Source of the DNA: an uncultured virus (IMG/VR IMGVR_UViG_3300009124_000008)
Lineage: Duplodnaviria; Heunggongvirae; Uroviricota; Caudoviricetes
Virus record (IMG/VR): IMGVR_UViG_3300009124_000008
Direction: 5' to 3' (one strand)
Length of the DNA: 64,000 nucleotides
This document shows, one piece after another, positions 1-7,940 of the stretch (position 1 is the stretch's first letter; each line of letters opens with the position of its first letter). Both the position numbers and the translations under genes were made by a program. Under the pieces are notes generated by a model. The model had not been told where the DNA came from and ran no database searches. It saw nothing but the letters and a program-made list of their open reading frames with translations.

Positions 1-86
1 AGTATGATTGTTAATGTTCACCCTATTTGAGATTCATCATGGTTGCTCCGATGCCTGGCACAGTACAATCAAAGGAAAATATAGAG

Positions 87-281
87 ATGTATCCAGTAGG
101 CACGGAAGTAAGATACAAAGATCACCATGGTTGGGTCAAGTTTTGTGACCCAGAGTCAGGTACATGTAGTATCTGTATTAGAACATTCCCCGAAGATCCA
201 GCACGTAATGTGTGCTTGATCGTATACAAACATGACTTAGAGCATGTTATTCCTGTTGTTGGCAACCACTCCCGAGGCTGA
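87..281 (+). CDS. hypothetical phage protein
   Basis: ORF track 27..281; ATG at 87 (MYPVGTEV) chosen as the likely start. Confidence 0.65.
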   Translation: MYPVGTEVRYKDHHGWVKFCDPESGTCSICIRTFPEDPARNVCLIVYKHDLEHVIPVVGNHSRG

Positions 282-283
282 TT

Positions 284-439
284 ATGAAGTACGCTGTTGT
301 GTACATGAAACCCAAGAAAAAGAAACTTGTTATGGAACAGGCAGTGTTCTATAATCTTGATGATGCTTCCATGTGGGAACAGCACATCAACAAAACCCAA
401 CACCTTAAAACAGAAATTATTCCAGTATTTGAATCATGA
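284..439 (+). CDS. small hypothetical protein (51 aa)
   Basis: Read by hand: MKYAVVYMKPKKKK...IIPVFES; GAGG upstream; ATGA overlap with next ORF. Confidence 0.65.
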   Translation: MKYAVVYMKPKKKKLVMEQAVFYNLDDASMWEQHINKTQHLKTEIIPVFES

Positions 440-567
440 ACAACGAATTTGAAGGCGACATCTTTGGTGATTATGAACTCCGTGAGAGTATTATTCGAGA
501 AATGAGTGAACAAGAATTGTGGGAGACGCCTGAGACCCTACCAGAAGACTTGCTAGCAGACTTCTGA
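436..567 (+). CDS. small acidic hypothetical protein (43 aa)
   Basis: Read by hand: MNNEFEGDIFGDY...LADF; ATGA coupling. Confidence 0.6.
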   Translation: MNNEFEGDIFGDYELRESIIREMSEQELWETPETLPEDLLADF

Positions 568-569
568 GG

Positions 570-627
570 CAACCACCTTACGAAGTGTCACACGACCCCT
601 CAGGATGCCCTCCTGGGGGGTTATACT
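570..627 (+). promoter_or_regulatory. early promoter, dyad type (copy 1)
   Basis: CAACCA-N10-TGTCAC (570-591), 30 bp, TATACT (622-627). Confidence 0.75.
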
Positions 628-655
628 ATATTCATACCAGTCAAGGGAACACCTC

Positions 656-901
656 ATGACCGTCCAAACCGTGAAGCACTCCTTCTACCGTATTGAGATC
701 GACTTCACTGAGACCCCTGAGCACCCCATCGTGTTCTTCCGTAAAGAAGGCAAGTGTAAGACTGCTAAGGGCATGGAGCGTCAGCACAACCGTGTTGTGA
801 ACGAGACTGTGGACCAGTGGCGTCAATACTCTCAGCAGATCAGCCGCTACACCATCTCCCGTGTGCCAGCTGAGGAAGTGGTCACTCCCGTGGTCAACTG
901 A
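656..901 (+). CDS. hypothetical early protein
   Basis: ORF 605..901; ATG 656 lies downstream of the promoter, with AAGGGA upstream. Confidence 0.7.
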   Translation: MTVQTVKHSFYRIEIDFTETPEHPIVFFRKEGKCKTAKGMERQHNRVVNETVDQWRQYSQQISRYTISRVPAEEVVTPVVN

Positions 902-920
902 CCCCTCAGCACCTTATAAT
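863..920 (+). promoter_or_regulatory. early promoter, dyad type (copy 2)
   Basis: GTGCCA-N10-TGGTCA (863-884), 30 bp, TATAAT (915-920). Confidence 0.8.
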
Positions 921-947
921 TACTACATCAGCAAACGAGGTTACCTC

Positions 948-1187
948 TTGAAGATCCAACAGTCTGCCGTCACCGTCGATTTCTTCCCTGTCGCTACTGG
1001 CAAACGTTTCGTCAAGCGTGTTGTCTGGCATCCTGGATGCCCTGACACTGAGATGACTTCATTCTCTACTGTAACTAAACTTGAGGCAATGTATGATGCT
1101 AACCAACGTCTTAACAACGGTGGCACTCTCATCGACTTTAACCTTGATGAGTATAGTGGTAAAGATTACTCCCCACTATTCTGCTGA
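948..1187 (+). CDS. hypothetical early protein
   Basis: ORF 861..1187; TTG 948 follows GAGGT and the promoter. Confidence 0.65.
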   Translation: MKIQQSAVTVDFFPVATGKRFVKRVVWHPGCPDTEMTSFSTVTKLEAMYDANQRLNNGGTLIDFNLDEYSGKDYSPLFC

Positions 1188-1228
1188 TAGTGTATGTTCT
1201 TTCCTTCCTCAACCACACCCAGACTGTA

Positions 1229-1378
1229 ATGTTCACTAAAGAAGATCACGAATTCATTGACATGTTGTTTGGCAAACTAACCTGTCAGGAGACCATGGAC
1301 GTTGACATGATCGACCTCCATGATGACGATGCTGCTGGCGCTGACGCCATCGAGTGGACAAAACTCGAACTGTCATGA
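1229..1378 (+). CDS. small acidic hypothetical protein
   Basis: ORF 1190..1378; ATG 1229 (MFTKEDHEFID). Confidence 0.6.
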   Translation: MFTKEDHEFIDMLFGKLTCQETMDVDMIDLHDDDAAGADAIEWTKLELS

Positions 1379-1413
1379 TCAGTCTCCCAAACCCCACCAA
1401 AACCATCTATACT
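1355..1413 (+). promoter_or_regulatory. early promoter, dyad type (copy 3)
   Basis: TGGACA-N10-TGTCAT (1355-1376), 31 bp, TATACT (1408-1413). Confidence 0.75.
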
Positions 1414-1434
1414 GACATCAGTTCAGACAACGAC

Positions 1435-1836
1435 ATGACCACCGAGACCTTCGCTGACTTCTGTGCCACCGCTGATGCTCGTAACAGCATCCAACTCAAC
1501 GTCACAAAGTATACCCTGATGCTGTGTGATGCTCTGGAGCAGAACTTCAAGGATCGTAACCATGGCAAAGTCGGTGGTTATGATGCTCCTGAGTATAAGT
1601 TTGTGATCGAGTCTGGTCGTAAGTATCACAAGATCATCATGGAAGTTCCCAACAACAATCGTCCTGCTTCCCGTAGTGTTCATGCTTTCGTTGATCGTAA
1701 GACTGGTGAAGTTTACAAGGCAGCATCATTCAAAGCACCTGCTAAGCATGTTCGTTTCAACTTGCTTGTCATTAATGATCGTGAGTGGTTGCTCCAACAT
1801 GCTGACTGGGCTGGTGGTTACCTCTACAAGCGTTGA
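1435..1836 (+). CDS. conserved phage hypothetical protein
   Basis: ORF 1354..1836; ATG 1435; GRKYHKI...SVHAFVDRKTGEVYKAAS..APAK motif recalled from cyanophage hypothetical proteins. Confidence 0.8.
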   Translation: MTTETFADFCATADARNSIQLNVTKYTLMLCDALEQNFKDRNHGKVGGYDAPEYKFVIESGRKYHKIIMEVPNNNRPASRSVHAFVDRKTGEVYKAASFKAPAKHVRFNLLVINDREWLLQHADWAGGYLYKR

Positions 1837-1838
1837 GG

Positions 1839-1867
1839 TTGACAGCAGACATTTTGTCTGCTAAATT
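1839..1867 (+). promoter_or_regulatory. sigma70-type promoter
   Basis: TTGACA-17 bp-TAAATT, with an 8-bp inverted repeat in the spacer. Confidence 0.8.
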
Positions 1868-1896
1868 ACTGTAGTACACTTTCTTCTCACAAACCA

Positions 1897-2118
1897 ATGG
1901 ACCACGATCTGATGTATGTTGTCGTCAATGGTGAAGCCATTATGATGGAACATGGTCAACTTGTTACGTATCTCGTTGATGAAAACGATGGTACTATTGA
2001 CTGGACTAGTCAGGATACTGTTGATTGGGAGGACATGCTTCCTAATGAGTACAAAATGTACAAAGCAGCAGTTGATTTCATCCAGACGTACACCTTTGAC
2101 AATGTTTACACCAAATGA
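1897..2118 (+). CDS. hypothetical protein
   Basis: ORF track; ATGA coupling to next ORF. Confidence 0.7.
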   Translation: MDHDLMYVVVNGEAIMMEHGQLVTYLVDENDGTIDWTSQDTVDWEDMLPNEYKMYKAAVDFIQTYTFDNVYTK

Positions 2119-2342
2119 AGAAGTTTACTCACATCTCAGATCTCTTCGCTCCCATTAATTATGATGCCACACCAGTACGTGTTTGTCCACGTGCTGACCT
2201 TGAACCAGAGCAAGTAAATAAGTTCTGGAGATACCACGGTCGCTTCCCAAATGACTTCGCCCGTGCTATCATGGAGATCCTGCCCGAGGGTAAAACCTTC
2301 GTGCAATATGACCACCTCGCTAACTCGCTCGTAATCAAATGA
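2115..2342 (+). CDS. hypothetical protein
   Basis: ORF track; ATGA overlaps on both sides. Confidence 0.7.
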   Translation: MKKFTHISDLFAPINYDATPVRVCPRADLEPEQVNKFWRYHGRFPNDFARAIMEILPEGKTFVQYDHLANSLVIK

Positions 2343-2563
2343 ATCCCCTCCAACAAGAGCAACAATCTGTGTCCAAGCAAGTTGATGCCATCATGGCAAA
2401 TCGTAACCGTCGTTTCAAATTCCTTATGAAGAAAGGACGTGTTGAAGATGCTATTGCTGTGGGTGAAGAGTTCATGGAGTGGATGATGCTTGACCAAGAA
2501 GATTGTGACGAAGAAATTCTGTATTATAAGGAGGGAGAACTTGAGGAATCTGTGGAACGCTAA
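2339..2563 (+). CDS. hypothetical protein
   Basis: ORF track; ATGA coupling. Confidence 0.7.
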   Translation: MNPLQQEQQSVSKQVDAIMANRNRRFKFLMKKGRVEDAIAVGEEFMEWMMLDQEDCDEEILYYKEGELEESVER

Positions 2564-2585
2564 TGCTGTTGTATCCAAAGGAGCA

Positions 2586-3218
2586 ATGAACATAAAACCC
2601 TTTGCTCCTATGGCAAAGGGTTCTTCTATTGTACAGTGGGATACTAATCTCCCCGACTTCCTTTGTGATGAGATCACTAGTTATTACATGAATAACTGTG
2701 AACCAAGAGATGCTACAGCAAAAGGTGATACTAAAGCAAAAGCAGCACGTAAAGTAGAAGCACGTTGGTCACTACCATATGACTGGGTGCCTTCTTTCTT
2801 ATGTAACTATATTAACTTAGCAAATGAATCATTCTTTCAATATGAGCTAAGAGCATTATCATACACTGAGTGTCATCATCTTAAATACACACCAGGACAT
2901 TATTATGATTGGCATGCAGATTCTTCTCCTGAACAAACTACATTAGTTGCTCCACCATCGTGGACTGAGATACATCAAGATATTACAGAGTATGTGAGGA
3001 AGATCTCTTTCACACTACAATTATCTGATGAAGATGAGTACACTGGTGGTGATGTTCAATTGATTGATGATTGTCATGGTAGAGTGCTGGTCACTGTGCC
3101 GAAGAAGAAAGGTTCTCTAGTTATGTTTGATTCTCGTATCAGACATCGTGTCAAACCAGTAAAGACTGGTACTAGATATTGTTTAGTAGGATGGGCATTA
3201 GGACCTAAATGGAAGTAA
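2586..3218 (+). CDS. 2OG-Fe(II) oxygenase (PKHD/prolyl-hydroxylase-like)
   Basis: WHAD (HxD), RKISFTLQLS, YTGG, FDSRIRHRV, GTRYCLVGW; GGAG before ATG 2586. Confidence 0.88.
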   Translation: MNIKPFAPMAKGSSIVQWDTNLPDFLCDEITSYYMNNCEPRDATAKGDTKAKAARKVEARWSLPYDWVPSFLCNYINLANESFFQYELRALSYTECHHLKYTPGHYYDWHADSSPEQTTLVAPPSWTEIHQDITEYVRKISFTLQLSDEDEYTGGDVQLIDDCHGRVLVTVPKKKGSLVMFDSRIRHRVKPVKTGTRYCLVGWALGPKWK

Positions 3219-3370
3219 ATATTGAATTAGGTGAAGATCTACAACTAGAGTACGAGTCATGGTTAGCGGTAAAAGAATCGTTGGGCATTCATCGTACTAT
3301 TAACAATTTCCTTTATTACACACACAATTATGGTACGTTCGCTAATCCCCGTATTCCTGACGATAGCTAG
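3209..3370 (+). CDS. small hypothetical protein (53 aa)
   Basis: Read by hand: MEVNIELGEDLQLEYESW...; fills the gap between larger genes. Confidence 0.5.
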   Translation: MEVNIELGEDLQLEYESWLAVKESLGIHRTINNFLYYTHNYGTFANPRIPDDS

Positions 3371-4010
3371 TCTAGGACTATCAAACTTCGCTCTCGCTAA
3401 TGAGAAAAAGATCACCAAGGGTTTCTATACTATGGATTCTCTTGGATGTATGTTGCTCCGTGAGTGTACTAAGGACGTGAAGGAAGTGTTTAGTTTGTTA
3501 GACATTAGTTCTAACTACGATAACACTGAAGAGTTCACACCAGTGGCACAAGAGTTTAATAATATGCTCATGTCACTCAATCAAATTGGTGTGAAAGTAT
3601 ATCTTGCTGATGAACGTTACTTCCCACGACTTCACCGTGGTGTGTATCATACTGTGGGTAATAACTTCTTCCTCAACAAGAAGTATATGAATGACCCTGG
3701 TACACTCATGATGGTAATGAGGCACGAAGGATGGCATGCAGCACAAGATTGTATGGCAGGTACTATCAAGAATAGTATGATCGCCATCATCCACAATGAA
3801 GAGGACGTGCCTATGCTGTGGCGTACCATGGCAGAGCGTACCTACGATGCCTCAGCGGTCCCCTGGGAGGCGGAAGCGTCGTGGGCAGGCAGAACTGAGG
3901 GAATGACCATGAAAGCACTCCAGTCGTGTGCTGCTGGCACCATGTGGACAGACTACGAACTGACCCCACTCACTCGTAAGTGGTTGACAGAGGAGGGATT
4001 CATCAAATAA
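3330..4010 (+). CDS. exported HEXXH (zincin-like) protein
   Basis: N-terminal signal-like segment ending ALA; RHEGWH motif; downstream WEAEA. Confidence 0.7.
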   Translation: MVRSLIPVFLTIASLGLSNFALANEKKITKGFYTMDSLGCMLLRECTKDVKEVFSLLDISSNYDNTEEFTPVAQEFNNMLMSLNQIGVKVYLADERYFPRLHRGVYHTVGNNFFLNKKYMNDPGTLMMVMRHEGWHAAQDCMAGTIKNSMIAIIHNEEDVPMLWRTMAERTYDASAVPWEAEASWAGRTEGMTMKALQSCAAGTMWTDYELTPLTRKWLTEEGFIK

Positions 4011-4342
4011 TGTATTACGATACAGTTCACTGCTCCTATGACCTTGGACCTGGATTCTGGAATAGGAATTTACAAACTAAAGAACTATCTCAGACATGTG
4101 GGTGCTATTGGATTAGTCCAGCAGGTGAATTGTATGAGGTAGATTACACTGGTACACAGGTATTCACTGACAGTGAGCGTGTGCCCTATGCACCAAGTGG
4201 ATTACATGGTAGAGTAACACCTGTGGACATTACCACCACAATTAGGTTACAACCTTTTAAGTGGGATGCTTATTATGCTAAGTGTCCCATCTGTCATGTT
4301 ACACTGTTCCACGGTAAGATTGTTCAACACTCAGTCAAATGA
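4010..4342 (+). CDS. hypothetical protein
   Basis: ORF 3980..4342; TAATG coupling at 4010. Confidence 0.7.
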   Translation: MYYDTVHCSYDLGPGFWNRNLQTKELSQTCGCYWISPAGELYEVDYTGTQVFTDSERVPYAPSGLHGRVTPVDITTTIRLQPFKWDAYYAKCPICHVTLFHGKIVQHSVK

Positions 4343-4635
4343 TTAATGTCACCCAGAAAAGCGAAAGAGAGTTCATCATCGAGTGGGACGAAAACGACCC
4401 AGGCGAAAGCATCTTCAACTCGTTCACGGAGCAAGACTTCATCGATGTCCTCATGTACTACTCCAAAAAAGAACTCGACAAAATCGAGAACAGCAGCAGC
4501 ACTGAAGAAGAACACGGAGAAGTTAACGACAACATCGAAGAACTCACGGAGCACTTCTTCGAAGACCCGTACCTCCAAGCAACAAACGAAGAAACCTACG
4601 GTATCTACCACCAAGAAAACAACGAAGCGCCGTAA
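4339..4635 (+). CDS. acidic hypothetical protein (overlapped by next ORF)
   Basis: ORF track; ATGA coupling to upstream stop. Confidence 0.65.
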   Translation: MINVTQKSEREFIIEWDENDPGESIFNSFTEQDFIDVLMYYSKKELDKIENSSSTEEEHGEVNDNIEELTEHFFEDPYLQATNEETYGIYHQENNEAP

Positions 4636-4828
4636 GAATGCGGAAGTTTCCGTAACTAACTCCCGCAAGTTGGAATTGTTTCCGTATGTGGAGACATTCC
4701 CTTACTTCCTTGAGGACAAAACAGAGAACAAAAAGTGTTGGTTTACCTGCTATGATCATGCGAGAAAGTACATCGAACGATACAACCCCAGTTACAAGTT
4801 ATACTGTTATACTGGAGGAGGAAAATGA
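4346..4828 (+). CDS. Lys/Ser/Thr-rich protein with globular C-terminal domain
   Basis: 160-codon open frame; C-terminus FPYFLEDKTENKKCWFTCYDHARKYIERY looks folded; start uncertain. Confidence 0.55.
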   Translation: MSPRKAKESSSSSGTKTTQAKASSTRSRSKTSSMSSCTTPKKNSTKSRTAAALKKNTEKLTTTSKNSRSTSSKTRTSKQQTKKPTVSTTKKTTKRRKNAEVSVTNSRKLELFPYVETFPYFLEDKTENKKCWFTCYDHARKYIERYNPSYKLYCYTGGGK

Positions 4829-4949
4829 TGATTTCCTCCTGTCCATTCCTGAAGATATTCTTAAGGAATTGGGTTGGGAAGAGGATGATGAGTTAGAATG
4901 GGATATAAATCAAGATGACAACTCAATTATTCTGAGGAAAGCACAATGA
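4758..4949 (+). CDS. AbrB/MazE/SpoVT-like DNA-binding protein
   Basis: LLSIPEDILKELGWEEDDELEW...SIILRK matches the swapped-hairpin pattern; start uncertain. Confidence 0.65.
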   Translation: MRESTSNDTTPVTSYTVILEEENDDFLLSIPEDILKELGWEEDDELEWDINQDDNSIILRKAQ

Positions 4950-5116
4950 CCGATGCTGAACGTTGGAACAGAGGATTAGATCTGTTCATCGAGAGCGTAC
5001 ACAAACCTGATCCCGCGCTCAGGCAGTGTGCTCACAATCAAGAATGTTATCATGAACTGATGTGGGTACGAGATAATGTGTTAGAATACCTCAAGACATT
5101 ACGTTGGGCAGAATGA
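4946..5116 (+). CDS. small hypothetical protein (56 aa)
   Basis: Read by hand: MTDAERWNRGLDLFIESVHKPD...; ATGA overlaps on both sides. Confidence 0.7.
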   Translation: MTDAERWNRGLDLFIESVHKPDPALRQCAHNQECYHELMWVRDNVLEYLKTLRWAE

Positions 5117-5325
5117 AAACTATGTGGGAGCGTTGTTTACGGTGGTCTGATCGTATTAACGCTCCTTTTTATCGTCACAAGCATCGGTTGCTACTCTATG
5201 TTGCCTTATCACAAACTGTTATTGTGACAGTAGGATTACTCAATCTATTCAGACCACAACCACCTCTCACATCAGTCTGTCAACAACAGTATGATGGAAC
5301 TACTATTTGTTATTGCCAACGATGA
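5113..5325 (+). CDS. small membrane protein
   Basis: Hydrophobic LLLYVALSQTVIVTVGLLNLF; ATG 5113. Confidence 0.6.
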   Translation: MKTMWERCLRWSDRINAPFYRHKHRLLLYVALSQTVIVTVGLLNLFRPQPPLTSVCQQQYDGTTICYCQR

Positions 5326-5816
5326 AAGAGTTTGATTATGAACTGGATTACAAACAACTTGACTTCACAGATCCAGACACTCGTAGACTTTATCGTATTG
5401 GAAGGGGAGAGCAAGGAGTTCTATTGGTTCGCCCTTATACAGACATTATTTGTGCTCATTGGCGATTTAGAACCCCTGACATAGCATTACAATCATCCAC
5501 ACAAATCTATGCTATGTTCCAAAGATATATGGACCAAGAAGATTTCATTGGCATGGATATGTGTCGTAAGTTCCTTGAGATGGGGTTCACACGGTCTAGA
5601 AGGTATGCCAACCACTCTTCAGGTAGGAAGTATGCCACGAAACCGCCATACTACCATACAGGCGATCGTGGAGGGGCACCAGTGTTGCCACAAGATCCTG
5701 ACTGTTTAGTAAATGAAAAGTCACAGTGTGCTAAGATTTTTAAAACTTATCGTGATAGGGCTGCCAAACATCCAATCTATGTTACAATGAGGAAAACATG
5801 GAGATCCAATGAATAA
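5322..5816 (+). CDS. DUF4385-like protein
   Basis: YRIGRGEQGVLLVRPY, HWRFRTP, GMDMCRKFLEMGFTRSRRYANH motifs. Confidence 0.8.
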   Translation: MKEFDYELDYKQLDFTDPDTRRLYRIGRGEQGVLLVRPYTDIICAHWRFRTPDIALQSSTQIYAMFQRYMDQEDFIGMDMCRKFLEMGFTRSRRYANHSSGRKYATKPPYYHTGDRGGAPVLPQDPDCLVNEKSQCAKIFKTYRDRAAKHPIYVTMRKTWRSNE

Positions 5817-5988
5817 CGACTACGATAGGGGGAACACTCCCTCTCACATCACACTAGATGAACAAATTCTCATTGACACTGAGTTGAATAAGATTCATGA
5901 TCAATACGATAGACTCATTGAAAGAGTATATGTAATGGGGTATACTAAAGGACTACTACATAAACAAAACACGCCTGAATTTCCATGA
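5809..5988 (+). CDS. small hypothetical protein (59 aa)
   Basis: Read by hand: MNNDYDRGNT...; GGAG upstream; ATGA coupling. Confidence 0.55.
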   Translation: MNNDYDRGNTPSHITLDEQILIDTELNKIHDQYDRLIERVYVMGYTKGLLHKQNTPEFP

Positions 5989-6167
5989 TGACTCAACGAC
6001 AATGGCAGGAAGTAGAATCAATCGTTCGTAAAGAACAGGAAAGAGCATTACAACAATACAATACATCACGATACAAAGAACTAGGTGAGATCCTAGATCA
6101 TTTGTGGGATCCTGCTCATTGTGAGCCACAAACACTAGCATGTAAAGATCACCTCACTGATGAATGA
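5985..6167 (+). CDS. hypothetical protein
   Basis: ORF track; coupled. Confidence 0.65.
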   Translation: MMTQRQWQEVESIVRKEQERALQQYNTSRYKELGEILDHLWDPAHCEPQTLACKDHLTDE

Positions 6168-6367
6168 CTTACACTAATCAGCAACTGATTAATGCTCTAG
6201 TTAAAGAGTATGAATGGTTATGCCATGATGACTTTGATCCAGACACTGATCCTACACCAGAAGAATACCTTGACGCTATCAAGGATCTATCCTATGATGA
6301 ACTGATAGAAGAAACACAGACTGATGATTTCTTCACCCTTGACCTATTCATGAAAGCATACTCATGA
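6164..6367 (+). CDS. acidic hypothetical protein
   Basis: ORF track; coupled. Confidence 0.7.
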   Translation: MTYTNQQLINALVKEYEWLCHDDFDPDTDPTPEEYLDAIKDLSYDELIEETQTDDFFTLDLFMKAYS

Positions 6368-6522
6368 CTGAACAAGAAAGAAAAGCATTGGAAGCACTTG
6401 ATAAACTCTATGAGGAGAATGGTGATGCGATGACAAAACTTGCTAAAGATGAGTATGTAGAAGATCCCTGGAATCTACGACCACGCCAACCAATGATACC
6501 AGTGAAGAAACAAAATGACTAA
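6364..6522 (+). CDS. small hypothetical protein (52 aa)
   Basis: Read by hand: MTEQERKALEALDKLYEENG...; ATGA coupling. Confidence 0.6.
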   Translation: MTEQERKALEALDKLYEENGDAMTKLAKDEYVEDPWNLRPRQPMIPVKKQND

Positions 6523-6730
6523 TGAGTTTCGTAATGGTGTCGCATTTAGTATTGCGATCACTGCCTTTGCTTTTGTAGTGATTGCCATGGTTATTGGTAA
6601 TAATGACACACCAATCAATGAAGCATCATTTGAGGTGGTTGATAAGTACAAAGAGTGTGATGTAGTACGATACACACCACAACAAGAAGCAACTTACAAG
6701 TATTTCCTTTATTGTGAGAAGAACAAATGA
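6515..6730 (+). CDS. small membrane-anchored protein
   Basis: TM-like VAFSIAITAFAFVVIAMVIG, then a Cys pair. Confidence 0.7.
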   Translation: MTNEFRNGVAFSIAITAFAFVVIAMVIGNNDTPINEASFEVVDKYKECDVVRYTPQQEATYKYFLYCEKNK

Positions 6731-7059
6731 GCATCCCTAACTTTAAATCTCAAGACGATTGGCAAGAGTTTCTCAATATCTTTGATGATCAATGGCAATG
6801 TAAGAAAGCAATGCTAAATCGTGTCAAAAATGATCTATTCCCTGAATATAAATCATGGGATCAACTTCAACCACAAACACTGGAAGTGATCAATGACATT
6901 GTATCCAATCTTGTGTATGAATGTGAGCGTCAATTCAAAGAGACACACCAGGACTATAAGACTGAGGATGATGACATCTTCATTCCCTATCGTTCATTCA
7001 AAGAGAATGTACTAGAAGCACTCAAAGAAGCAATGGAAGAACAATGTACGAAGAACTAA
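6727..7059 (+). CDS. hypothetical protein
   Basis: ORF track; coupled. Confidence 0.7.
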   Translation: MSIPNFKSQDDWQEFLNIFDDQWQCKKAMLNRVKNDLFPEYKSWDQLQPQTLEVINDIVSNLVYECERQFKETHQDYKTEDDDIFIPYRSFKENVLEALKEAMEEQCTKN

Positions 7060-7220
7060 ATTGTTTTGAAGAAGCATTGAAACACTTTGGTACACGTGTT
7101 GAAGTAATCACAGCAATGGAAATGTCACGACGTATCTCTGCTGAAGATGCTTATCAAATGATTAAGGATGAACTCAAAGAAGTAAAGAAATGCCGTAAAC
7201 AATTTAACAAAAATGATTAG
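7044..7220 (+). CDS. small helical hypothetical protein (58 aa)
   Basis: Read by hand: MYEELNCFEEALKHFGTRVEVITAMEMSRRISAEDAYQMIK... Confidence 0.65.
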   Translation: MYEELNCFEEALKHFGTRVEVITAMEMSRRISAEDAYQMIKDELKEVKKCRKQFNKND

Positions 7221-7279
7221 CACTCTCTACATACTATTCTTCATACTTACACTAACAATCACAATGGAGCTTACATGGG

Positions 7280-7498
7280 GTGTCAAGAAGTAAATGGTCT
7301 CATGGTGGACTACAACCCAATAGCATTAACATACTAAGACTAATCAGTGAACTAGAAGGTTGCTATCAACTAACCAAATACATGGCATTTGATGATGACA
7401 ACAAAATCATTACAGAGATGAAGCAACGCTACTATAAACTATACTACAAGACAGTAAAAGAGGAGAAGAACAATGTATCAAGTACAAACATGGGATGA
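7280..7498 (+). CDS. hypothetical protein
   Basis: ORF track; GTG start. Confidence 0.6.
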   Translation: MSRSKWSHGGLQPNSINILRLISELEGCYQLTKYMAFDDDNKIITEMKQRYYKLYYKTVKEEKNNVSSTNMG

Positions 7499-7655
7499 TG
7501 AGTTTAAATGTGTACGCTATCACTCCGTAGCTGATGCTATTGACTATGATGATGCTGTTGATGTAGTTAAAGGTTTACACCCTAATGAAAGACTATTAGG
7601 TGTTACGTTTTCCACACTTGCGGAAAAGGTTGTGGAAAAACCTGTGGAAAAGTAA
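7473..7655 (+). CDS. hypothetical protein
   Basis: ORF track; GAGGAG upstream; 3' end runs through the DnaA-box cluster. Confidence 0.6.
   Translation: MYQVQTWDDEFKCVRYHSVADAIDYDDAVDVVKGLHPNERLLGVTFSTLAEKVVEKPVEK
7608..7651. promoter_or_regulatory. cluster of four cyanobacterial-type DnaA-box-like 9-mers
   Basis: TTTTCCACA 7608-7616 (+); TGCGGAAAA 7619-7627, TGTGGAAAA 7631-7639 and 7643-7651 (-), at 12-bp period. Confidence 0.6.
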
Positions 7656-7751
7656 TGTATTAAAAAATATAGGGTGAATGATGTATAGATGCTTTAAATG
7701 TGCTCTGGTGTTGTTGGCTTAGCACGCCACCCAACGACTGTCAAGCACTCG

Positions 7752-7810
7752 TAGACACCCCTCAAAGTGGCACACAGACCCCTCTCAGGGCATCCTAGGC
7801 ACTGTATAAT
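7752..7810 (+). promoter_or_regulatory. early promoter, dyad type (copy 4)
   Basis: TAGACA-N10-TGGCAC (7752-7773), 31 bp, TGTATAAT (TATAAT 7805-7810). Confidence 0.8.
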
Positions 7811-7817
7811 TACTATG

Positions 7818-7911
7818 TTCTGAAAAACACGAAAAACTCAAAAAAATCAAAAAACCAGAAAGTTAAAATTCTTAAAAAGTGAGAATTTTGAGTTTTTTCG
7901 ATTTTTCAGAA
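7818..7911. repeat. AT-rich imperfect inverted repeat (about 26-bp arms)
   Basis: TTCTGAAAAACACGAAAAACTCAAAA (7818-7843) vs TTTTGAGTTTTTTCGATTTTTCAGAA (7886-7911). Confidence 0.8.
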
Positions 7912-7940
7912 TTTAAGATAATTAAACTTTAACAATTTCA

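Noticed and set aside
2171..2224. Possible 12th dyad promoter (ACCA-N9-TGTCCA, TAAGTT)
   Set aside because: Spacer is 9 rather than 10 bp, the -10 is weak, and it lies mid-gene
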